Below are positions 13,797 to 24,625 of a DNA stretch of 64,000 nt, in pieces (position 1 is the first letter of the stretch; each line of letters opens with the position of its first letter). Below the pieces are notes generated by a model that saw nothing but the letters and a program-made list of their open reading frames with translations, made no database searches and was not told the origin of the DNA. Origin of the DNA: an uncultured Actinomycetota bacterium (GTDB lineage Bacteria > Actinomycetota > Actinomycetes > Mycobacteriales > Mycobacteriaceae); assembly GCA_963753095.1 (NCBI GenBank), contig CAVWBC010000009.1, positions 35,417 through 99,416 of the forward strand. Reading direction: 5' to 3'. The position numbers were made by a program, and so were the translations under genes.

Positions 13797-14252
13797 CTAT
13801 GGCGTCGCGGGAACCGGCTCGGCGTCCGGGGCGGCGGCGGATGACCCCACCGGTCCCGACGGGCCGGCCGACACCCCCGGTGGCGGAGTGGAGTTGGCCG
13901 TCATCGGGCGCTGCGCGAGGAGCAGCAAAGCGTCATTGGCCGTGACGTCCTGGGTACGGATCGCATGCAACAGGTCACGCAGGTACCCCAGCCCACGGCT
14001 CTGCTGCGGGGTGGACGTAGTGCCCGGCGGCAGGTTGTCCGGACTGGTCAGATGGGGCACCTCGGCCGACGGCGACGCCACGGCCTCGGGAGCCGCGGCG
14101 GGGTTCGCCGACACCAGCTGTGCGCCGCCGTCGGAAGGCGGTGCGGGGTCGGCCGAATCGGCCAGGGCGGCCGGAGCCGTCAGAATTCCGACCGACATCC
14201 CCAGCGCAGCCAGCCCGAGGCCGGTGCGGGCACCCGTGGTCATGATCTTCAC
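13797..14252 (-). CDS. Secreted Pro/Ala-rich protein with RpfA C-terminal-like segment
   Basis: Signal peptide ending ALA-D; PHLTSPDNLPPGTT...YLRDLLHAIRTQDVTANDALLLLAQ. Confidence 0.7.
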   Translation of the reverse strand: MKIMTTGARTGLGLAALGMSVGILTAPAALADSADPAPPSDGGAQLVSANPAAAPEAVASPSAEVPHLTSPDNLPPGTTSTPQQSRGLGYLRDLLHAIRTQDVTANDALLLLAQRPMTANSTPPPGVSAGPSGPVGSSAAAPDAEPVPATP

Positions 14253-14553
14253 GTCGTGTCCTCCGCAGGTCGTGCAGGGCCGCGTTCACCAGATCCGCCG
14301 GTGAACGCCCTGTACCGGTGATTCCGTTCTTGCGGCACTTTCGTTACACCCGTCACTTCCGTCACCCCCGCCTCAGGTGCTCGAGGACGCATCCCCGGGC
14401 CGGGTTGAATCCGTCGGGGCCGGGATGTCAAAATTCGATGCCCGCAGAACCTGGGAATCCACGGGGTTCTGGTGTGCGCGGAAAACCCCTGAATCTCCCG
14501 ACGCCATGCGGCTCGCGCCAAGAAGAATGCCGGTGTTCGGACGAGAGGTAGCG

Positions 14554-15261
14554 ATGCAAGTTCCGTCAGAGGACCACGGTGCTGCCCCGTCGGGCAGTGC
14601 TGACGTCGTCCTCGAAGCGGCGACCCCGGGCGGGCGTCCGCAACATGTCGGCTGGTTCCGCTTCTTCTTCGACGGCGAGCGCTGGGAGTGGTCGCCGGAG
14701 GTCGAGCGAATGCACGGCTACGAGCCCGGCACCGTCTCCCCGACCACCGAGCTGGTGCTGTCGCACAAACACCCCGACGACTATCAGCACGTTGCCGCCA
14801 CGCTCGACGACGTACGCCGCCACCACCAGGCGTTCAGCACCCGGCACCGCATCATCGACACCGCGGGCCGCATTCATCACGTCATCGTGGTGGCCGACAA
14901 GGTCGCCGATGCCGGCGGTGAGATCGTCGGCACGCACGGCTTCTACGTCGACGTCACCCCGGCCGACGACCATCACCAGGAACGGATGACCGCGACGATC
15001 GCCGAGATCGCCGAGAATCGCGCAACCATCGAACAGGCCAAGGGCATGCTCATGATCGTCTACGGCATCGACGCCGAGGCGGCCTTCGACCTACTGCGCT
15101 GGCGCTCCCAGGAGGGCAACATCAAACTCCGGGTGCTGGCCGAACAGGTGGTCGCCGACTTCCTGCATCTCACGCAGAACGAGACGGCGCCGGGACGATC
15201 GGCCTATGACAACCTGCTGCTGACCGCTGATCAGCGCATCCGCGACGGACACGCCGGCTGA
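14554..15261 (+). CDS. PAS + ANTAR domain protein
   Basis: PAS WEWSPEVERMHGY...HKHPDD; ANTAR RATIEQAKGMLM...AFDLLRWRSQEGNIKLRVLAE; GAGG RBS. Confidence 0.9.
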   Translation: MQVPSEDHGAAPSGSADVVLEAATPGGRPQHVGWFRFFFDGERWEWSPEVERMHGYEPGTVSPTTELVLSHKHPDDYQHVAATLDDVRRHHQAFSTRHRIIDTAGRIHHVIVVADKVADAGGEIVGTHGFYVDVTPADDHHQERMTATIAEIAENRATIEQAKGMLMIVYGIDAEAAFDLLRWRSQEGNIKLRVLAEQVVADFLHLTQNETAPGRSAYDNLLLTADQRIRDGHAG

Positions 15262-15305
15262 CAGTCCCGCCACTAGGCTCGCCTCGGCTACAGGAGAATG
15301 CTGAC

Positions 15306-15968
15306 ATGCAACTGATGCGTGCCGCGGCGGTGCTCCTCGCCGGGTCGATGCTGCTGGCACCGGCGGTGCAGGCCGCCCCGGACAGCGGGGTGCCGCCGGT
15401 CAGCCCCCAGGCCGCCGCCGCAGGCCTCGTCGACGTGCGGACCGTGGTTCCGGACGCTGTGATCGACCTGCGCTACGCCACGGCCAACAACTTCGTCGGC
15501 GTACCCCTGTATCCCGCCGACGCCCGTTGCCTGGTGCACGAATCGATGGCGCCCGGCCTGGCCGCGGCAGCCCAGTCCTTGCGCGCGCGGGGCGACCGGC
15601 TGGTGTTCTGGGACTGCTACCGCCCCCACGAGGTACAGGTGCGGATGTTCGACGCGGTGCCCAACCCCGCGTGGGTGGCCAAGCCCGGGCCCTATGCGCG
15701 CAGCCACGAGGCCGGCCGTTCGGTGGATGTGACGGTCGTCGACGCCACCGGGCGCCTCGTGGACATGGGCACCGACTTCGACGATTTCACGGCGCGCGCC
15801 ACCGCGTACGCCACCGACGGCGTCAGCGCTGCCGAGCAAGCGAACCGGGCGTCGCTGCGCGCCGCCATGGCCGACGGCGGGCTGGCGGTGTACTCGGGTG
15901 AGTGGTGGCATTTCGACGGCCCCGGCGCCGGGGTGCAGCGCCCGATTCTCGACGTTCCGGTCGACTGA
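15306..15968 (+). CDS. D-alanyl-D-alanine dipeptidase (M15D, VanX/DdpX-like), exported
   Basis: DLRYATANNF, WDCYRP, SHEAGRSVD, DMGTDFDDF, EWWHF. Confidence 0.9.
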   Translation: MQLMRAAAVLLAGSMLLAPAVQAAPDSGVPPVSPQAAAAGLVDVRTVVPDAVIDLRYATANNFVGVPLYPADARCLVHESMAPGLAAAAQSLRARGDRLVFWDCYRPHEVQVRMFDAVPNPAWVAKPGPYARSHEAGRSVDVTVVDATGRLVDMGTDFDDFTARATAYATDGVSAAEQANRASLRAAMADGGLAVYSGEWWHFDGPGAGVQRPILDVPVD

Positions 15969-16071
15969 AGTCGATTTCTGAGCCAGGCCCCGTATCGCCC
16001 GCAGGCATATAGTCTGAGCACCTTCGAGGCACTTGCAGGGGTGCGCCGCGTCGAGGAGGGAATCTCGGGCG

Positions 16072-17013
16072 TTGGATCTCAACACCGTCACCGAAGTCGT
16101 GCGCCGACCGTCCGCGCGGCCGGGTGCCGACTGGCGTCCCGACGACGCCTATTTGGCCGGGGGAACATGGTTGTTCGCCGAACCGCAGACCCACCTGCGC
16201 CGGCTCGTCGACCTGACCACACTCGGGTGGACACCACTGCGCGCCGACGAGTCCGGCCTGGAGATCGGCGCCACCTGCACGATCAGCGACCTCTACGCCC
16301 ATCCGCTGCCGCCGGAGTGGCCTGCCGCGCAGCTGGTGCGGACCAGTTGTGAGGCCTTCCTCGCATCGTTCAAGATCTGGAACGCCGCCACCGTGGGCGG
16401 CAACGTCTGCATGGCGCTGCCCGCCGGGCCGATGATCACGCTGACGGTGGCGCTGGAGGCCACCTATCGGCTGTGGGCGGCCGACGGCTCCGAGCGAACC
16501 CTGGCCGCGGCGGATTTCGTCGTCGGCAACAACCAGAATGTGCTGCGGCCGGGCGAACTGCTGCGCAGTGTGCACATTCCCGCCGTCGCGTTGCGAAAGC
16601 AGCATGCGCACCGGCGTTTCTGCCTGACCAAGCTGGGCCGGTCGACGCTATTCCTGGTCGGCACCCGGGATCGCGGCGGCGGCGACGTCCTGCTGACCAT
16701 CACCGCGGGCACCACCCATCCGGTCTGTTTGAGCTTCGGCGCCCTACCGGAGCCTGACGAGCTCGCCGAGCGGATCGATGCCATCGCCGACACCGTGTGG
16801 TTCGACGACCCGAACGGCTCACCGGCCCACCGCCGGCATCTCGCGCGGCACTTCGCCGAGGAGATCCGCGTCGAGCTCGGCGACGGGCTCGGCCGTGAGC
16901 TACCTCGTCAACGGAGAGTCGTTCGACCAAGAGCCTCAGCCCGGGCAGTGCCTGCGAACCTTTGTGCGGTCGCTGGGCTGGCACGGCGTCAAAAAGGGTT
17001 GCGACGCAGGTGA
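16072..17013 (+). CDS. FAD-binding subunit of a xanthine dehydrogenase-family molybdenum hydroxylase
   Basis: LAGGTWL, EIGAT, IWNAATVGGN; homology ends near 16880, so the true stop is probably TGA 16896-16898 (GTGA overlap) after a 1-nt error. Confidence 0.85.
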   Translation: MDLNTVTEVVRRPSARPGADWRPDDAYLAGGTWLFAEPQTHLRRLVDLTTLGWTPLRADESGLEIGATCTISDLYAHPLPPEWPAAQLVRTSCEAFLASFKIWNAATVGGNVCMALPAGPMITLTVALEATYRLWAADGSERTLAAADFVVGNNQNVLRPGELLRSVHIPAVALRKQHAHRRFCLTKLGRSTLFLVGTRDRGGGDVLLTITAGTTHPVCLSFGALPEPDELAERIDAIADTVWFDDPNGSPAHRRHLARHFAEEIRVELGDGLGRELPRQRRVVRPRASARAVPANLCAVAGLARRQKGLRRR

Positions 17014-19639
17014 TTGCGGCGCCTGCACGGTCTGGCTCGACGACAAACCGGTCCACAGCTGCATCACGCCGGCGTTCCGGGCCGAGGGCCGACAGGTCAC
17101 CACGATCGAGGGTCTGGGCAGCGCCACCGACCTGCATCCGGTGCAGCGGCAGTTCCGCGACGCACCGGGGTTCCAGTGCGGATTCTGCACCGCGGGAATG
17201 ATTATGACCTGCGCCAGTTTCACCGACGAGCAGAAGGCCGACCTGCCGCGGGCGCTGAAGGGCAACCTGTGCCGATGCACCGGCTACCGCGCCATCGAGG
17301 ACGCGGTCAACGGCATCGCCGAGATCGAGACGGCCCTGCCGGGACAGGCGGTGGGCACCAGCATCGGTGCGCCCGCGGCAACCGACATCGTCACGGGCCG
17401 TGCCGAATTCACGATGGACGTCGACATGGCGGACATGCTGCACCTGAAGATGGTGCATTCGCCGCACGCCCACGCCCGCATCGTGTCCATCGACAAGACC
17501 GCGGCACTGGCCGTGCCCGGCGTGCATCGCGTCTACACCTGGGAGGACGTGCCCCGCAAGCGGTTCAACACCGCGATCCACACCGATCACCTCGTCGACC
17601 CGGACGACACCTACATCCTCGACAACGTCGCACGCTTCGTGGGGCAACGGGTGGCCGCGGTGCTGGCCGAATCCGTTGCCGCCGCCGAGGAGGGCTGCCG
17701 GCGGCTCGTCATCGAGTACGAGATCCTGCCGGCGGTGTTCGACCCCGAGAAGGCCATGCAGTCCGGGGCGCCGGCGCTACACGGGTTCGACGACCCCTTC
17801 CTGCGCGATCCCGAACGCAACATCCTGCTGGAGTTGCACGGTGAGATCGGCACCCCCGCAGCAGGATTCGCCGACGCCGACGTGATCCACGAGGCCACGT
17901 ACATCACACCGCGGGTCCAGCACGCCCATCTGGAGACCCACGGCTCCATCGCCTGGATGACGGATGGCCGGCTGCACGTGCGCACCAGCTCCCAGTCGCC
18001 GTCGATCGCCAAGGTCAAGCTGGCGCACCTGTTCGACCTGAGGCCCGACCAGCTGCGGGTGTTCTGCAAGCGCGTCGGAGGCGGTTTCGGAGGCAAACAG
18101 GAGGTGATCACCGAGGACCTGGCCGCACTCGCCGCCTTCGACGCAGGTGGCCGCCCGGTTTGCCTGGAGTACACCCGCACCGAGGAGTTCACCACGGCCT
18201 CCCCGCGCCACCCGATGACGATCACCGTCAAACTGGGTGCGAAGGCCGACGGGACACTGACCGCCTTCGCGTTCCACAACATCTCGAACACCGGCGCATA
18301 CGGCAACCACGGTGGAGAGACCTTGTTCGCCGCCGGCGCGGCGGTCGCCATCTACCGCTGCCCCAACAAGAAGTTCGACGCGTACGCGGTCTACACCAAC
18401 ACCGTGCCCAGCGGGGCGTTGCGCGGGTACGGGATGACTCAGCCCGCCTTCGCCGTGGAGTCCGCGATGGACGAGTTGGCGGTGGCCCTCGACATGGACC
18501 CGCTGGAACTGCGACGGCGCAATATCGTCCGGCCCGGCGACGCCCTGCTCGCGATCGACGAACATCCCGACGACGTCTCGTTCACCGAGGACACCCTGGC
18601 CCGGTGCATCGACCTCGTCGACCGGGCACTGGCCGAACGGTCCGAGGTCGACGACGACCTGGGGCCGGACTGGCTGATCGGCACCGGCACGGCCAGCTCG
18701 CTGCACGAGACGGCGCCGCCCACCGAGCACGTGTCCGAGGCGTGGGCCACGCTGTGTGACGACGGCGTCTACGAGATCGCGGTCGGCACAGTGGAATTCG
18801 GCGAGGGCACCTCGACGGCCCATGTCCAGATCGCCGCATCCGTTCTCTTCACCACGCCCGCGCGGATCCGTCTCATCCAATCCGACACCGACCGTACCGG
18901 TTTCGACACCGGCGCCTTCGCCAGCGCCGGACTGTTCGTCTCCGGAAATGCCGTGCTGCGCGCCTCGACCGCGCTGCGCGACCGGATGCTGCTGTTGGCC
19001 GCCGACCACACCGGGGTGGACCGCGCCTCCTGCTTCCTGGCCGACGACACGGTGATCTGCGGCGGCAAGCGGATCCCGGTGACCGAACTGTCGGCGGCCG
19101 CCGGCGCCCGCGGGATGCGGCTCACCGAGGCCCGCAAGGCCTACGGCTCGCCGCGCAGCGTCACCACCAACACCCAGGGGTTCCGGGTCGCCGTGCACCG
19201 GGTAACCGGCGAGATCCGGATTCTCTACAGCGTGCAGGCGGTCGACCCGGGAATCGTCATCAATCCCGCACAGGTGCGCGGACAGATCGAGGGCGGCGTC
19301 GCCCAGGGCATCGGTTTCGTGCTGACCGAGAACTTCCGCGTCGACGACACCGGCACGATGGTCAACCCGAACCTGCGGAACTACCGGATCCCGACCTACG
19401 CCGACATTCCCCGTACCGAGGTGCTGATCGTCGAATCCACCGACTCGGCCGGCCCGATGGCATCGAAGGGCATCGCCGAATCCTGCATCAACCCGGTGGC
19501 GCCGGCACTGGCGAACGCCGTGTACGACGCCACCGGAGTCCGCTTCCGGGAACTGCCGCTGACGCCTGAGCGGATATTCGACGCAACTCAAGGTTGTCGG
19601 CGCCTCGATGTCGCGCGGCTGAACGGGAAGATGCAATGA
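16895..19639 (+). CDS. Xanthine dehydrogenase-family molybdopterin subunit fused to an N-terminal 2x[2Fe-2S] domain
   Basis: GCDAGDCGAC, QCGFCTAG, NLCRCTGY; GGGFGGK, LRGYG, GQIEGGVAQGIG, KGIAES (catalytic Glu). Confidence 0.92.
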   Translation: MSYLVNGESFDQEPQPGQCLRTFVRSLGWHGVKKGCDAGDCGACTVWLDDKPVHSCITPAFRAEGRQVTTIEGLGSATDLHPVQRQFRDAPGFQCGFCTAGMIMTCASFTDEQKADLPRALKGNLCRCTGYRAIEDAVNGIAEIETALPGQAVGTSIGAPAATDIVTGRAEFTMDVDMADMLHLKMVHSPHAHARIVSIDKTAALAVPGVHRVYTWEDVPRKRFNTAIHTDHLVDPDDTYILDNVARFVGQRVAAVLAESVAAAEEGCRRLVIEYEILPAVFDPEKAMQSGAPALHGFDDPFLRDPERNILLELHGEIGTPAAGFADADVIHEATYITPRVQHAHLETHGSIAWMTDGRLHVRTSSQSPSIAKVKLAHLFDLRPDQLRVFCKRVGGGFGGKQEVITEDLAALAAFDAGGRPVCLEYTRTEEFTTASPRHPMTITVKLGAKADGTLTAFAFHNISNTGAYGNHGGETLFAAGAAVAIYRCPNKKFDAYAVYTNTVPSGALRGYGMTQPAFAVESAMDELAVALDMDPLELRRRNIVRPGDALLAIDEHPDDVSFTEDTLARCIDLVDRALAERSEVDDDLGPDWLIGTGTASSLHETAPPTEHVSEAWATLCDDGVYEIAVGTVEFGEGTSTAHVQIAASVLFTTPARIRLIQSDTDRTGFDTGAFASAGLFVSGNAVLRASTALRDRMLLLAADHTGVDRASCFLADDTVICGGKRIPVTELSAAAGARGMRLTEARKAYGSPRSVTTNTQGFRVAVHRVTGEIRILYSVQAVDPGIVINPAQVRGQIEGGVAQGIGFVLTENFRVDDTGTMVNPNLRNYRIPTYADIPRTEVLIVESTDSAGPMASKGIAESCINPVAPALANAVYDATGVRFRELPLTPERIFDATQGCRRLDVARLNGKMQ

Positions 19640-20607
19640 CCGCGAACGAGCTCACCCACAACGCCGCCACCGTGGTCATCGGTCAGAAGGTCAAACCCGA
19701 CCGCGCCGACGACTTCCTGGTCTGGCAGAACGAGATGAACCGCGTCGCCTCGACATTCCCCGGTTTCGTGACCGCGGAGGTGACGCCGCCGACCGCCGCC
19801 CAGCCGGACTGGGTGGTGGTCTACCGGTTCGACTCGGTGGCCAATCTGCAGGCGTGGATCAACAGCGCGGCCCGGCAGGACCGGCTCACCACCGGACGCC
19901 AATACCTCGACGGCACACCGACCCAACAGGTCATCGCCGGAGCGTCCACCCCACCGGATCAGTTGGTCACCGTCGTCGTCACGCACCGGGTCGCCCCCGA
20001 GCACGTCGATGAGTTCCTCGCGTGGCAGAGCCGGATTCGCGCCGCGGAGAACAAGTTTCCCGGCTACCGCGGCTCCGAGCTGTTCCGGCCCATCGAAGGC
20101 CTACAGGACGAGTGGACCGCACTGTACCGGTACGACTCGGCCGCCGAACTCGACGCCTGGCTCACCTCACCCGAGCGCAAGCGGCTTCTGGCCGAGGGCA
20201 AGGCTTTTCACGACTTCGAACTGCGCACTGTCGACAACTCGTTCGGCAACTGGTTCGCGTTCGAGACCGACGGAGAGTCGGCGGCGCGGCCGTCGGACTT
20301 CAAAACCGCGATCGCGGTCTGGGTCGGCCTGTACCCCACCGTGGTCCTGCTCGCCATCGCCACCTTTCCCCTCCACATGCCGCTGTGGCTCGGGATGCTG
20401 ATCGGAAACCTGTTGTCCAGCTTGGCGATGAGCTACTTCACAATGCCTTTCTACGTCAACCCACTGCTCAAGAACTGGCTGTCCCCACCCAAAGGCGTTC
20501 CGCGCAAGCGAATCGAAGCGCGCGGTGTGGCCACCATCATCGCCGTGATGAGCGCCTGCACGCTGGCGATCTACCTGGGTACGACCGTCCTCTGGCACCT
20601 CCGGTGA
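19636..20607 (+). CDS. Tandem ABM (antibiotic biosynthesis monooxygenase) domain membrane protein
   Basis: Two repeats of F..WQ.....FPG....W..VYRF/YDS...L.AW..S..R plus C-terminal TM helices; ATGA overlap with the upstream gene. Confidence 0.85.
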   Translation: MTANELTHNAATVVIGQKVKPDRADDFLVWQNEMNRVASTFPGFVTAEVTPPTAAQPDWVVVYRFDSVANLQAWINSAARQDRLTTGRQYLDGTPTQQVIAGASTPPDQLVTVVVTHRVAPEHVDEFLAWQSRIRAAENKFPGYRGSELFRPIEGLQDEWTALYRYDSAAELDAWLTSPERKRLLAEGKAFHDFELRTVDNSFGNWFAFETDGESAARPSDFKTAIAVWVGLYPTVVLLAIATFPLHMPLWLGMLIGNLLSSLAMSYFTMPFYVNPLLKNWLSPPKGVPRKRIEARGVATIIAVMSACTLAIYLGTTVLWHLR

Positions 20608-23600
20608 CACCCGGGTCGCGGACAAAGCGGACGGTCAAACGGCTTGGCGCGCTGGCGGCGATCAGCCTGCTCGTGCTGATGGGCACGTCATGCTCGGATC
20701 ATCACCCACCTCAGCCCGCGGCCGGACAGTTCGCCGGACCCGACGGCAAGCCGGTTCCGTTCCGTGAGCCGGTCCGGTTGTCCAGCACGGACGGCGTGCT
20801 GGAAGTGCGGCTGTCCGCGCACCAGGGCACCGTCAACCTCGACACGGTGACCAAGCCGGTGTCGGGCTTCATGGTGTTCGGCTACACGCTGATCAAGGGC
20901 ACCAGCTCGGACGGCTCCGGCACGGGCGACAACCTCTATCCCGCCCCCACCCTGCGGGTCGACCCCGGGCAGCGGCTCGTCGTCCACTTCGACAATGACC
21001 TACAGGACTTGACGATTCGGGACTTCTACGACCCCGCGTTCACCAAGGCCGGTGGGCAGGTGCCCCTCTACCCGCCGACGCTCACCTCGGCCCCGCTGAA
21101 CCTGCACACCCACGGCCTACACGTCAGCCCCAGCGGCAACGCCGACAACGTGCTTCTCGACATCCCCGCCGGGATGGGCAACACCTACACCTACGACGTG
21201 CCCCCGGACATGCCGCACGGACTGTACTGGTATCACAGTCACCGCCACACCCTGACCACTCAGCAGACCTACGCCGGGCTGGCGGGACTGCTCGAAATCG
21301 GCCGCCCCGACGGCAATCTGCCCGCAGTGACGAAGGACAACGTGCCGATCCGCGATATGGCGCTGCAGTACAACTACGTGTTCGACCGCAAGGGCAGCGG
21401 CCACGAGCTCAACAACCCGTTCTGGCCGCAGTTCGTCAGCACGCTCACGCCCCCGGTTGGGAATCAGCTCGCCGACGGGACCTACCGGCCCAGCCTGGCC
21501 CCGGTGAACTTGGCGGAGACCACGAAAGGTTCGCAGTACCTGACGAACTGGTACACCGGCCCGCTGTCGACGAACAACCATCGCGGCCAGAACCAGATCA
21601 TGCCCGGCAATCTGCAGAGTTTCACCGGCGATTCGGTCAACGTTCCCGCCGACCCCACGCTGCCGGAGAACGAACGCGACGTGCAGTTCACCGTGAACGG
21701 CCAGTTCCAGCCGGAGCTGAAACTCAAACCGGGGCAGACCGAGATCTGGTCGCTGGCCAACATCAGCGACGTCGCCTACCTGCCCCTGCAACTCACCGAG
21801 ACCGCGACGGGCCGCCATCCCGTGATCAAGGTCGTCGGGCAGGACGGCAACCCGTTCACCCAGGTTCAGCGTCCCGTCCAGGGTGACGGCACCAGGCTGG
21901 TGATTCCGCCGGGATCGCGCTACGCCGTCGCCGTCACCATGCCGGCCACCGGTGACCTCGTCCTCGCGATGCCCCCGCTGCCTGGGGCCAGGCCGATCGT
22001 CCAACCCGGGCATTCTGTACACCAACAACGGGACCGAGAACGCACCAGCGGTGCTGGGCACCGCACGCGTGGACCCGGCCTACATCAGCTACTTCGACGG
22101 GTTCTTCACCTTCCCGATTCAGACTGTCCTGCACGTCACCCCGGACAGCGGGCAGGGCCGGACCACCGCCTTCGACATCGGCCAGAACCTCGGCGCGTAC
22201 ACCTCCTTCGTCGACACCTCGGTGATGACGCCGGCCGTCACGCGCGAACTCGTGGTCACCGGCGGCTTCAGCAACAACATGGCCAGCAACAACGACCCGA
22301 AGGCCTTCACCTACGACTTCGCCAGCAGCACCTTCCCCAACATTCCGTTGATCCAGCCCCGGCTCGACTCCGTTGAGGAATGGAAGATCGTCAACCTGAA
22401 CAACGACGAGCATCCGATGCACGTGCACGTCAACGACTTCCAGGTGATGCAGATCGTCGACCCGGTCGCCGGCACCACCACCGGCGTGCAGCCCTGGGGT
22501 GAGGACAACGTCAACGTTCCCGCCCCCGTCACCGACGCCAACGAGAACGCTCTGGTGCCGGCGTCGACCACCATTCGCACCAAGTTCACCGAGTACACCG
22601 GAACCTTCGTGATCCACTGCCACCGGCTCAATCACGAGGACAACGGGTTGATGGCACTGGTGAACGTGATCCCCGCGGTGTCGAGCTACGCGGTGGCGGT
22701 GCCCGGCGCCCAGGGCCGGCCCGCGCGCGTCGAGGTCCACGACGGGAGCGGCGACAAGGTGCTCGGATTCGTAACCCCGTTCCCGGCGTTCGAGGGCACA
22801 CCGAGCGTGGCGATGGCCGACATCAACGGCGACAATGTGCTCGACCTGATCGTGGGCACCGGGCCGGGGGTTGCCCCCGAGGTCGTCGCGTACAGCGGCG
22901 CCGACGGCGGCCAGGGCCCGTTCAGCAGTGAGCTGGCCCGCTTCAGCCCGTTCGATCCCGGCTTCCGGGGCGGGGTCAGCGTCGCCGGAGCCGATGTCGA
23001 CGGCAACGCGCACGCCGACAACATCATCGTCGGGTCGGGGCCGGGCACCGAAAGTCAGGTCACGGTGTTCTCTTCGGCGCTGCCGAAAGTGGGTGACACT
23101 CCGGGGACGTTCTCCACCTTCGCGCCCTACCCGGGATCCCGCTCAGGAGTCACCCTGGCCACCGGCACCGTTGACATCGGCACCGGGCGCCCCAGCATCG
23201 TCACCGCCCCCGGACCCGGAGAATCGGCTCAGGTCAAGACCTTCCGGTATGACCTCTATGCCCCGACCGAGGCGGCGAAGGCGCGCGGCGGCACCGACGA
23301 GCACAGTCACGATCCGGCGATGACGTCGCAGTTCCTCGCCTACGACCCGAGCTATACCGGCGGGGTGTCGCTGGCGACCGGCTGGGTCGCCGGCGCGGAG
23401 GGCGGTGCCCAGAGCGTGATCACCGGGCAACTCGGCGGTGACGGCACGGTACGGGTGTGGTCCACCGGTTCGCGTCTCGACGGCGGACCGGCGATGTACC
23501 TGCACAGCCCCGAACATCACTCCGCGATGACCGAATTCGCCCAGATCGCCTCGTTCACACCGTTTCCCGGCGGGACGGCCGGTGTACGGGTCGCGACCAG

Positions 23601-23775
23601 CAGCACGACGACCGGGGCAGACCTGATCGTCAGCGGGATGGGTCCGGGCGGGTCCGAGGTGCGCAAGTACGCGCTGGCGCGCCCCGATCCCGCAGCGCGC
23701 ACCGTGGCGCCGACGTTGGTTACCACACTGCCGCCGGTGCCCGCGGGCGCGCCGGCGCCCGTGGCCGGCCGCTGA
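20604..23775 (+). CDS. Lipoprotein multicopper oxidase with C-terminal FG-GAP-like repeats, one frameshift near 22008
   Basis: Lipobox-like MGTSC; Cu motifs LHTHG, WYHSHRH, HPMHVH, HCHRLNHEDNGLM; DINGDNVLDLIVG and DVDGNAHADNIIVG repeats. Confidence 0.85.
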
Positions 23776-23835
23776 CTTCTGGCATCGAGTGAGGAGCTAC
23801 GCACAAGGCCTCTCGCACTTCTCCTGCGAGAGTCC

Positions 23836-24625
23836 TCAGTCGAAGGTCAACGACACGGTGCCCAACCCGCTGATGGTGGCCGATGCGGCATCGCCGGGGT
23901 GGACGAACGCGGCGGTGGTGAAGGAGCCGGACATGATGAACTGGCCGGGAAGGATTTCGGTGCCGAACGGGGCAAGCGCGTTGGCCAGCCACGCGACGGC
24001 CGCCACCGGGTCGCCGAGTACGGCCGAGCCCAGACCGGAGTCGATCTCGGTTCCGTTGAGGTGCAGCGATGCCCGGGCGGCGGGCAGGTCGATGGCGTCG
24101 CTGTAGGGCACCCAGTCCCCGAGGACCACGGCACCGGAGCTGGCGTTGTCGGCGACGGTGTCGCGCAGGGTCAGCTTCCAGTCCGCGATGCGGCTGTCGA
24201 CGATCTCCAGTGCCACCGCGACGGCCTGCGTCGCCGCGCGCACCTCGTCGAGACCGATACCCGGCCCGCGCAACGGCTTGTCAAGCAGGAAAGCCACTTC
24301 CGGCTCGACCCGCGGTGCGCAGAACAGGTTCTGCGGTGCCGTCGATCCGTTGGCGATCACCATGTCGTCGAGGATGTAGCCGAAGTCCGGTTCGTCGACC
24401 CCCAGCAGTGTCTGCATCGGTGCCGATGTCAGGCCGATCTTGTGCCCCACCAGCCGCGCACCCGATCCGAGTCGGCGACGCAGGTTGACCTGCTGGATGG
24501 CGTACGCGTCGGCGACGTCCATGTCGGGATGGAGCTGCGTGAGCTGGCCGATCGGGTCGCGATCTACGCGGGCAACGTCAAGCGATGCGGCGACGTCGTC
24601 GATGGTCGTTGCGGTTCAGCATCAT
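23836..24625 (-). CDS. mhpD: 2-keto-4-pentenoate hydratase (MhpD-like), frameshift near the start
   Basis: DAYAIQ, GHKIGLTS..MQ, EPDFG, RVEPEVAF, EIVDSRI, VADNASS, LGDPVAAVAWLAN. Confidence 0.85.

Noticed and set aside
14253-14520. c-di-AMP (ydaO) riboswitch upstream of the RpfA-tail-like gene
   Set aside because: The conserved ydaO sequence blocks could not be found on the coding strand
21990-22030. Programmed ribosomal frameshifting in the MCO (and other split genes)
   Set aside because: No slippery heptamer with downstream structure; indels are too widespread and better explained by sequencing error
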